64,000 bases of DNA from Patescibacteria group bacterium UBA661 (GTDB taxonomy: Bacteria > Patescibacteriota > Minisyncoccia > Phycocordibacterales > UBA918), in assembly GCA_002299465.1 (NCBI GenBank), contig DBNX01000018.1, forward strand, positions 11,987 through 75,986, given 5' to 3'. Every line of letters starts with the position of its first letter. Position 1 is the stretch's first letter. The notes under the pieces are model-generated. The model was not told the origin of the DNA and searched no databases. It saw nothing but the letters and a program-made list of their open reading frames with translations. Position numbers and translations under genes: made by a program. Shown here piece after piece: positions 56,324 through 64,000 of this stretch.

Positions 56324-59300
56324 TTATTTCTTATCTTCAGTCCAAGAGCTTTCGGTTCTCACACCTTTCGAGATACGTCCGATAACTGCGTTATCGCTCA
56401 ATGAATAAATTATTCCAAAGAATTGGGTTTTGAAACCGAGCATGGTCTTAACTCTTACAGAAATTGCAAGCTTGCCATGGTCAGGGGACATTTTGAAATA
56501 CTCTAGTTCTATTTTTCTATTCTTTAGAGTATTAGTTATATTTTCAGTAACAGACTGGATGTTTTCGATTTCTTCGTGACTGCGCAATGTTCCATCTAAC
56601 AGATCCCCTAAAATCTTGAATTTACTACCCACTGAATCACTGACAGTATATTTAAAATGGTAAGGCAAATTAGACAATCTGCACATGATGATATCGTCAG
56701 GATGATAAGGTGTAGCATCCCAAGTACAAGACTGGGCTTCAACAGGCAAACAATATTTGCCTGTTGAAGATTTTACCCCTTCGCTTTCGATGAACTTTGC
56801 TTCCGAAACGCTGCTTGATTCAAAAAATTTCTTCAACGCTTTCTTTCCCGAAAGAGAACTTTTCTCTAGTAGGTTTGGCATTACCTTTTTGCCAGATACT
56901 GAACATTCTTCGAGCAAACCCTTTGTCACTGAACTCTCTGATACTTCACACTTTTCTGATTCTTTAGGAAGTATAGGATTATCCGTGATTGCACAAAGGA
57001 TGAACTCAGATTTATGACCAGTCTTTCCTGAAACAACAGATTTAGATTCTTCATCAATACGGTACTTCTTACCTGAAACCTTACTCACAGCTAATTCCGT
57101 TTTAAGAACGGTTACGTCTGAAAATTCGCACGTATCAAACATTTCAGGCTCAGCCTTTTTTCCGCTTATTGGAGAACTAGCGATAAGCGAGTTTAACACT
57201 AGTTTACCGGTAACATCAGACTCGGTTAGCTGATCCTCTAGCACTTTTTTTCCAGATACTGAACACTCCTTTAGTAACCCTTTCTTTACTACTTTCCCAG
57301 TTATTTCACAAGTTTCTGATTCTTCAGGAGCAATTAAATCATTTGTTAGAGCACAATTAATGAATTCACTTTTATGTCCAAGCTTACCAGATACAGAAGA
57401 TTTTGACTGTTCGTCAATTCGATATTTTTTATTTGAGATTTCACTTATTGCCAATTCTTCTTTAAGAACCTCAGTATCAGAAAATGCGCAGGTATCGAAA
57501 GATTCTGGCTCTGCCTTTTTGTTACTTAAGGCTGAGGTCCTAATAAGTGATGTAAGTATAAATTTCCCTGAAGTGTCTGACTTAACAAGCTCATCTTGAA
57601 GCACCTTTTTACCAGTCAGTTCGCATGGGTGTATAAATCTTTTTAATGCATATCTGTCACTCACTTCAGACTTGATGAGTAAATCTTTATTCACTAGTAA
57701 CCCACTTAAATCACAAACTGAAAGGCAATCTACTGGCAAGCTTATCTTTGTTTCTTCACAGACACCCATCTCTGGTTGAGAGGTGATTTCCCCAGATGAT
57801 GGAATTAAGGTGAGTTTACTTTTATAGATTTTGTCTGAGTTGAGAGAATAAGAAACTTCAACAATTACTTGTCTTCTGACGTAGCCTTCGAGACCGACAA
57901 GGGTTAATTCAACTCGAGGAGTGAAATCATTCTCAATCTTCTTTTTCTTTATACTATTATCGCCCGTATTATTTAACTCATGGGCTAACCTTTCATTATA
58001 GAAACGACAAAACTCAGAAATCCCTTCATTTGACATCACCTCTTCAGATAGTAACTCTTTAGAAATTCCAATTGTCCGAACGTCTGTGATGAAGGAATCT
58101 TGTAGTGGCTCAATTGCTTCACTGTCAGCTGGACCGATATGCTCATAATGAGAACATATGACATCGACTAACCGTTCATAACTATCATGAGCAACTGTAA
58201 CTCGTGCCCTCACTAATGCAGAACCGCTGTATGTTTTTCTTATTTTCCCAATTTTTATATCATCAAATTTCCCCTTAAATTCTTTAAGCCATTTCTTAAC
58301 CTCTTTATTTGCCTGATCGACAAGATGATCATCCGCATCTTCTACTCTGTGAAGACCTACTTTTGTTAAAGTAACAATTAGTTTCTCAAACGCTGGACTA
58401 CCTGGGGCGTAAAGTACATTTTTGAAGAGTGACCCGTCTGGTATAGGTAGGCTTAAATTATTATCAAAACGAATCATTTCCAACCTACCATCCAATTCAG
58501 ATGAATAGAGATTTGGTGTTTTTTCGACTAGTTTAGCTCCGAGGCTTTTCAACCCATCGATAACCAAATCCTTCGCTTCCATCGACTGAATGGTCCGAGG
58601 TAATGAGGGGCAACGTGGACCTTCATCATCACCCATTTTCCCGAGCAGATTGTTTATATTGGACTCTTCTTTCTTTAGCTGCTCTTTTGCCTTTTCAATA
58701 CTTGCTACAGTTCTTTCGGCTGCTTTTTTAACATCTTTTCCCTGCAGTGATTCAAGAACCAGTTTAAGAATCTTATCCTCAAAAGCTTCGCCACTATCTT
58801 CTCCTTCACTGATACCCGAGGCCTCTAGCAAGGATTCAATATCGCCAATTGCACTTGATGCTAACTGAAGTTTCTCCATCAGTCGTCCTACTACATATTC
58901 CTCAAATGTCTTATCAAGAACAATGTTAAAAATAATCACTTTCTCATGCGGTGATCCAAGACGTTGAATACGCCCAATGCGTTGCTCAACCACCATTGGG
59001 TTCCAAGGCAAATCGTAATTAACCAAGACATTAGCAATTTGCATGTTGACCCCTTCCGAGCCAGCCTCTGTAGAGATAATGACATTTATTTTCGGCTTGT
59101 CTTCTCGAAACTGTTCAAGAGTATCGACATTAAGAGAACCAGTTGATCCATTTATTAGACCGCAAGATACACCTTTATTTTCGAGGAAGTTTTGAATTGA
59201 GGTTTGAGTCTCCAAACGAGTAGTGAAAATAACAACTCGCCAGTCATCAGGTTTTTCGGCTCGAAGTTTATCGATCAAACTTTCGAGACCCTGAAGCTTG

Positions 59301-60406
59301 GCTGTTATTTCAATTCTCTTAACCACCTCATTCACAGCCTCATAAAATGGTTTTTCTATCGTTCCTTTTTCTGACATTCTTCTGAGAAGTAAAACAAGTG
59401 CTTCTGGACTACTTACCAATGTCTTTAAAATTCCAATTTGAGTCAAACGATCCAGCTTCCCAATTGAGTCTGCTACGATTTTTATTATCTCTAATTCTTC
59501 TGGGGACGGATCGACTGAATGTAAATGCACCTCTCTTTGAGGAAAGTGCAGATCAGCATCTCCTCGTCTGACTCGGGACATGTACCGATAGATGATTCCA
59601 CGAAATTCTTCTTGTGCTTCTGGGCGAAGCCTTCTGGCATCAGCTTTGTTGTCAGCAATAAACTTTCTTGCGAACATTCCAGGATTACCAAAAGGGTTTT
59701 CATGTCCTCGTGCGACTGTAAGAAGTTCAACTAGCGAATAAAGATCCCAGAGTCTATTCTGAATAGGGGTGGCGGTAAGTAGTAGTACGTATTTAAACCA
59801 CCGCTGGGAGAGAGCTTGTTTAAACTTTAAAGCTACTTGTGGTGCAACTTCAGTCCCGTGCAGGTTTCTTAACTTATGTGCCTCATCAAGAATAAGCATA
59901 TCGAATCCAGCGTGTTCAAGTGCATCAAGATGCATTCGAGCCGAGTTGTATGTAGTTATTACTGCACCAATTTCGTCAGGTGGTTCAGCTGTCTTAAGAT
60001 CTTTTCCAGTAGCAATAACTGAGGTGATTCCAAATTTAGTTTTTAACTCCTCTTGCCACTGTGGACCAAGAATTTTAGGGCATACAATGAGGATTTTTGA
60101 TAAACGACCTCGTGATATCAGCTCACTAGCAACCAACCCAGCACTGATTGTTTTACCGAGTCCAACATCGTCGGCAAGCAGGGTTACAGGCAAACGCCTA
60201 CAAAAGTTAATGAGGTTTGAAACTTGATGATTAAATGGATCAACTTTGTCTTGCCAAAAAGCTGATGATTTCAGGTCGTCTCTTTTCTCAATTACGATAG
60301 GGTCAATAAGATCCCATTCCAAAGCTGCTTTGTATAAAAGATAGTCATTAGGATTACTGGCGTGTCTGACGGGTTTTATTTGTATAGTGATTTGTTTGTC
60401 AGACAT
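56324..60406 (-). CDS. SNF2/RapA-like helicase with C-terminal 15-aa repeat array
   Basis: ADDVGLGKT, DEAH, TATP, GSEGVN, DLPWNP, QRIGRIQR. Confidence 0.9.
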   Translation of the reverse strand: MSDKQITIQIKPVRHASNPNDYLLYKAALEWDLIDPIVIEKRDDLKSSAFWQDKVDPFNHQVSNLINFCRRLPVTLLADDVGLGKTISAGLVASELISRGRLSKILIVCPKILGPQWQEELKTKFGITSVIATGKDLKTAEPPDEIGAVITTYNSARMHLDALEHAGFDMLILDEAHKLRNLHGTEVAPQVALKFKQALSQRWFKYVLLLTATPIQNRLWDLYSLVELLTVARGHENPFGNPGMFARKFIADNKADARRLRPEAQEEFRGIIYRYMSRVRRGDADLHFPQREVHLHSVDPSPEELEIIKIVADSIGKLDRLTQIGILKTLVSSPEALVLLLRRMSEKGTIEKPFYEAVNEVVKRIEITAKLQGLESLIDKLRAEKPDDWRVVIFTTRLETQTSIQNFLENKGVSCGLINGSTGSLNVDTLEQFREDKPKINVIISTEAGSEGVNMQIANVLVNYDLPWNPMVVEQRIGRIQRLGSPHEKVIIFNIVLDKTFEEYVVGRLMEKLQLASSAIGDIESLLEASGISEGEDSGEAFEDKILKLVLESLQGKDVKKAAERTVASIEKAKEQLKKEESNINNLLGKMGDDEGPRCPSLPRTIQSMEAKDLVIDGLKSLGAKLVEKTPNLYSSELDGRLEMIRFDNNLSLPIPDGSLFKNVLYAPGSPAFEKLIVTLTKVGLHRVEDADDHLVDQANKEVKKWLKEFKGKFDDIKIGKIRKTYSGSALVRARVTVAHDSYERLVDVICSHYEHIGPADSEAIEPLQDSFITDVRTIGISKELLSEEVMSNEGISEFCRFYNERLAHELNNTGDNSIKKKKIENDFTPRVELTLVGLEGYVRRQVIVEVSYSLNSDKIYKSKLTLIPSSGEITSQPEMGVCEETKISLPVDCLSVCDLSGLLVNKDLLIKSEVSDRYALKRFIHPCELTGKKVLQDELVKSDTSGKFILTSLIRTSALSNKKAEPESFDTCAFSDTEVLKEELAISEISNKKYRIDEQSKSSVSGKLGHKSEFINCALTNDLIAPEESETCEITGKVVKKGLLKECSVSGKKVLEDQLTESDVTGKLVLNSLIASSPISGKKAEPEMFDTCEFSDVTVLKTELAVSKVSGKKYRIDEESKSVVSGKTGHKSEFILCAITDNPILPKESEKCEVSESSVTKGLLEECSVSGKKVMPNLLEKSSLSGKKALKKFFESSSVSEAKFIESEGVKSSTGKYCLPVEAQSCTWDATPYHPDDIIMCRLSNLPYHFKYTVSDSVGSKFKILGDLLDGTLRSHEEIENIQSVTENITNTLKNRKIELEYFKMSPDHGKLAISVRVKTMLGFKTQFFGIIYSLSDNAVIGRISKGVRTESSWTEDKK
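56650..57760 (-). repeat. About 25 tandem 45-bp (15-aa) degenerate coding repeats with a 360-bp higher-order duplication
   Basis: (C/S)xx(S/T)GK register; KKYRIDE and GHKSEFI each recur 120 aa apart. Confidence 0.9.
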
Positions 60407-60410
60407 ATGA

Positions 60411-63400
60411 TCATACTGGCATCAATTTATCTATCTCCTTCATGAGTTTGATTGTTTCACTTAATGAGACGATCATTTTTTCGTAGTTCTCGAATTCAGC
60501 AGTAGTCAGTTTGTGATCCTTGCGATCCTTGAGGTACTTTTGAGCTGGCTGGTAACCACCCACGTAAAATTCCCAAACCTCTTTGGGGACGCCATCCCAA
60601 TACTGGGTATCGTTTATGTACACTTTGTTATTTTTGTATACAGGTTTTACCACAACATCAGAACCTGCTTCAGGGAAAGATGTGATGCATTTAATGACCT
60701 GTTTCTGGTCTAGGAGGTGTATCTCACGTAAAGATCGACCTAAACTAACAAGGTCCATATATTGCTTCTTTGAGGTTGGATAAGGTACACGAGGGAAATT
60801 AGCGTTCAAAAATTCCTTATATTTCAATCGATATGAAGGTGAATATAAATAGGCGTATACATAGTCAAGAATATCCTCAGGGGTAGTTTCTTGTGATGTT
60901 TTCTCAATTTGCGAGACAATCGACTGATCTAAGTTAGGGATTTTCTTTTCACCTTCGTAAATATACAAAGGACACACTACCTCTCCACCTCGGCGGAAGA
61001 AATTTAGATCTACTGGCGAATTAGAAATAAAAATAGTGTCATACTCTTTTGGATTTGCTGCACCACCTTGTCTACTAAACAGCAGTGCCAAATTGTCCGA
61101 GTGGAGCAAGTGCTGCATTACAGAAATACGCGGACGCCACACCAAACCAGTTGTTAAAGAAGTGTATCGTTTGTCAAAGGGCCTGTAATTTAGTGGTGTG
61201 AGAGTCTTCTTAAAATCACCAATTTTATTAGCCCGTTTATTTTCGATGACCCATCGAGCATAGTTTTTACCAAGTGAGTATTTCTCCGTAAGGTATGACT
61301 CAGATACATCATTCTCTAACAAATTATCGATTCTATTTACTAAATCATTCTCACTACTAGATACGATGAATCCATCACCAAGGGTAAATACCCCCGTTGT
61401 ATTTTTAGGAAATAAATCAGCCAGAGAAAAACCTTTCATGTATTCGCTTTTACCTTCACCCTCTATTCTCCATATATCTGCGTCGTCGGGTAATTTATTC
61501 CATTTAACTGACTCTATACTTGATTTAGATAGCTCAATAAATTTCTCAGACCTTTTTCCATATAAATCAGCAATGTAGACATCAGCAAGTTTTTTTGACT
61601 TGTCGATCGATGATTTCTTGACTCCAAAAATTATTGAGACTCCAGTCTTGATATCAAATACGTTCACGTCAGGACTACCATCTGGAGCCGTTTCTTTTTT
61701 GGTCGAATTTCCATGTAAGTCAAAGACATAAATGGAGTCAAAAGTACTTCGTAAATGCCATCTCATTCCACGGAATGACAGGTTGTCGATATATCCGTGA
61801 TTTGTGATCATTCCAACAATACCTTCTCCATTTTTTTCGACCATGCTTTCAGCAAAGCGAATAAATTTAACATAATCATCATCAAGAAAATTCTTATCTT
61901 CCTTGAGTTTTTTCAGACCTCCTGGTTCAACTTTATAAACTTGATTGTCAGTGTAATGTAAGTTTTGTGAAACTACAGAATATGGGGGATTACCCATCAC
62001 CACCATGATAGGCGTATCATTCTTCACTTCAGAAGCAAGTCGACTTTCTTGAGCAATACTGTCTACAACTCCAAAGAGAGAACTGGTTAAAGGTATGTCA
62101 TGAGCGTCATCAAGTGTGTTGCTGAGGTAGACACCCAGTCGCTTTCCGAACTTCTGTACACCACTCTTCTTGAGTGTCATGGCAAGTTTAAGATGGGCAA
62201 TGGTATAGCTTGCCATCATAAGCTCAAAGCCATGCAGACGAGGAAGCAGATCGTCCTCTACATAGGCATTCCAGCGACCCTGATTCGCTTTCTGGGACTC
62301 GTGAATATGATTGACAGTCTCGTTCAAAAAGGTACCTGTTCCTACAGCAACATCGAGCATCTGCACTCGGTGTATCTCACGAGTATCTTTAATAGTTTTA
62401 CCTCGTTCATCGATATGCGATTTTGTAACGGTGATTTTTTCATTATCAGCCAAACCTTTAGCAATACCGAATTCACGCTTAAGAAGTTCATCAATACCTC
62501 GAATAATAAATCTGACCACTGGTAGCGGTGTATAAAAAACACCCATCTCCATCTTCTTAGATGGGTCGTATTCACGGAGAAAGTCTTCATAGAAGTGAAT
62601 AACAGGATCTGGACTTTCATGGTCAGTGCCGAACAAATCAGTTGTCTTAAAGTAGTCCTCCATCAAAGCTTTTACATCAGCATGTGTAAAGACTTCGCAA
62701 AGCTCATTAACGATAAGCTCCAGTCGGCGTGGGAATGATGTACCAGAAATATGGTCAAAGAAGCTCTTTAGGAACGGGTTAGTAGCTGGCACCAAGTCAC
62801 GTGCTTCTTGTCTACTAAAGCTAACGAGGGACTCATCATTGTATCTCGCAGCAAAAAGACCGTAGACGAGTGTTTGAGCGTACATGTCAGCAAAATCCTC
62901 GTCAGTAAAATTTTCAATAAGGTGTTCTTTGATAAACTTACGCATTCGTATTAGTTCATCTTTGTCAGTACTTTCGGTCTGAAGGAAAGCAATTACGTTA
63001 TCTCTAATACGCTGAGCCTTACCGCCCATAATCTTCGCGAGATGTTTTCCGCTCTTGATTGGCTCTTTTTGACTTTCGATAAAGTCCTGCATTGTCCTAA
63101 CAAGACGTTCCGCATTTTCTGGCTTAAGAGAAACTGCTCGAGCTTTAACCTGAACATCACCAAGAGAAATCGTATCGTCATATCTCTGACCGTTTCTGAA
63201 AAAACGAAACTCAACATAGTCACTGATGATCAGGTTGGTGTAACCGAAGTATCTATCAGCTTGATTTGAGTTCTCAATCTTATTTAAATCTTCTCCGACT
63301 TTTTTAACTTCAATATACAAAAGAGGGACTTTGTTCTTGAGGACAATATAGTCTGGTTTGTTACCGTTTATAGCACGCTGATCCTGCTGAATAAAATAAC

Positions 63401-63524
63401 CCTCTGTTTCAGGAAAAATAGTTGCTAAGTAATTTTGAAATGATGTTCTATATGAATGTTCAGAACTGTTTTCATCTTCAAAGTACTTGGCTATCTCAGA
63501 AAGATAGTCGTTTACTGAGTACAT
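60411..63524 (-). CDS. Type IIG/ISP-like restriction-modification enzyme (nuclease + N6A MTase + TRD, no helicase)
   Basis: PD..IEVK; YAQTLVYGLF; GVFYTP; LDVAVGTGTF; GNPPY; YRPFD; GGYQ. Confidence 0.88.
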   Translation of the reverse strand: MYSVNDYLSEIAKYFEDENSSEHSYRTSFQNYLATIFPETEGYFIQQDQRAINGNKPDYIVLKNKVPLLYIEVKKVGEDLNKIENSNQADRYFGYTNLIISDYVEFRFFRNGQRYDDTISLGDVQVKARAVSLKPENAERLVRTMQDFIESQKEPIKSGKHLAKIMGGKAQRIRDNVIAFLQTESTDKDELIRMRKFIKEHLIENFTDEDFADMYAQTLVYGLFAARYNDESLVSFSRQEARDLVPATNPFLKSFFDHISGTSFPRRLELIVNELCEVFTHADVKALMEDYFKTTDLFGTDHESPDPVIHFYEDFLREYDPSKKMEMGVFYTPLPVVRFIIRGIDELLKREFGIAKGLADNEKITVTKSHIDERGKTIKDTREIHRVQMLDVAVGTGTFLNETVNHIHESQKANQGRWNAYVEDDLLPRLHGFELMMASYTIAHLKLAMTLKKSGVQKFGKRLGVYLSNTLDDAHDIPLTSSLFGVVDSIAQESRLASEVKNDTPIMVVMGNPPYSVVSQNLHYTDNQVYKVEPGGLKKLKEDKNFLDDDYVKFIRFAESMVEKNGEGIVGMITNHGYIDNLSFRGMRWHLRSTFDSIYVFDLHGNSTKKETAPDGSPDVNVFDIKTGVSIIFGVKKSSIDKSKKLADVYIADLYGKRSEKFIELSKSSIESVKWNKLPDDADIWRIEGEGKSEYMKGFSLADLFPKNTTGVFTLGDGFIVSSSENDLVNRIDNLLENDVSESYLTEKYSLGKNYARWVIENKRANKIGDFKKTLTPLNYRPFDKRYTSLTTGLVWRPRISVMQHLLHSDNLALLFSRQGGAANPKEYDTIFISNSPVDLNFFRRGGEVVCPLYIYEGEKKIPNLDQSIVSQIEKTSQETTPEDILDYVYAYLYSPSYRLKYKEFLNANFPRVPYPTSKKQYMDLVSLGRSLREIHLLDQKQVIKCITSFPEAGSDVVVKPVYKNNKVYINDTQYWDGVPKEVWEFYVGGYQPAQKYLKDRKDHKLTTAEFENYEKMIVSLSETIKLMKEIDKLMPV

Positions 63525-63677
63525 ATAGTTATTTATAGCATAAAACAACGAAATACGCTTATATTACGGGGTGAAATCGTCATTTGAGTACCTTAACTTA
63601 CATTAGGGGCTTTGCGAAGTATTTGCCTACTCAAAAGCCTAGACTTATGTGGGTCGTTGCGTCATTGATGTGTTTGT

Positions 63678-64000
63678 ATGAATCAAACAATATCAATGCC
63701 ACACGGGACCGTTATTCAGGAAATAGTCCCGACAAAGGTCAAATACTGCCTCTACGCCCGAAAGTCGACAGAATCTGAGGAACGCCAAGTCCTATCGATA
63801 GATAGCCAGATTAAAGAAATGCTCCAGATGGCTGATCGAGAGTGTCTAGAAATAGTTGAAATGAAGCGAGAGTCTCACTCGGCTAAGGAGACTGGTCAAA
63901 GGCCAGTGTTCAATGAAATAGTCGAGGAAATACGTGAAGGTAAATACAACGGTATCCTAACGTGGGCACCAGACCGCATCAGTAGAAATGCTGGAGACCT
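63678..64000 (+). CDS. Large serine recombinase, N-terminal part (truncated by the window edge)
   Basis: Manual translation YCLYARKSTE..Q..SIDSQ..ESHSAK..RPVF..DRISRN. Confidence 0.92.
   Translation, partial: MNQTISMPHGTVIQEIVPTKVKYCLYARKSTESEERQVLSIDSQIKEMLQMADRECLEIVEMKRESHSAKETGQRPVFNEIVEEIREGKYNGILTWAPDRISRNAGD

Larger units (their letters stand above)
49030..64000. mobile_element. Probable serine-recombinase integrative element / defence island (boundaries uncertain)
   Basis: Large serine recombinase, ParB-MTase, MTase, restriction/helicase cargo; visibly lower GC from about 54 kb. Confidence 0.6.

Noticed and set aside
63584-63778. 64-aa ORF
   Set aside because: Out-of-frame overlap with the recombinase start
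1-64000. Alternative genetic code (TGA = Gly)
   Set aside because: TGA ends genes at expected positions (map, RNR-like, ISP-like) and conserved genes are uninterrupted
1-64000. CRISPR array or rRNA
   Set aside because: No regularly spaced repeat-spacer units and no rRNA signatures seen

Overview
This window looks like a Patescibacteria (CPR, Parcubacteria-like) chromosome using standard code 11. The basis is an r-protein cluster lacking rpmD (L30), split S10 and spc operons, and core genes without SD motifs. Positions 1-1.5 kb hold a tandem array of paralogous membrane genes with variable N-halves and near-constant C-halves. Positions 2.2-10 kb run from rpsS to secY. Positions 10-33 kb are housekeeping: cmk-like, two adk paralogs, map, ndk, a likely 6S RNA, a beta-CASP RNase, infC-rpmI-rplT, a SET protein, xfp-ackA, a decayed HigBA-like pair, tmRNA-smpB, ftsH, a MacAB-like ABC system, a tRNA with anticodon UAU, and recG. 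Positions 33-41 kb carry small accessory genes with strong SD and boxA-like motifs, zupT with a structured leader, dsbB, and a promoter-driven, densely structured ~440-nt non-coding segment. Positions 45-49 kb hold the best new-system candidate: a divergent class II RNR-like enzyme (APCAE in place of NPCGE, specificity loop deleted), a CMPK2-like kinase, an atypical Gre factor and a CYTH protein. Positions 49-64 kb look like a serine-recombinase element with two DNA MTases and a four-gene defence-like operon (type IIG/ISP-like RM, SNF2 helicase with ~25 x 15-aa repeats, DUF2779-like nuclease, Mrr). All calls come from reading motifs by eye; no searches or folding programs were run.
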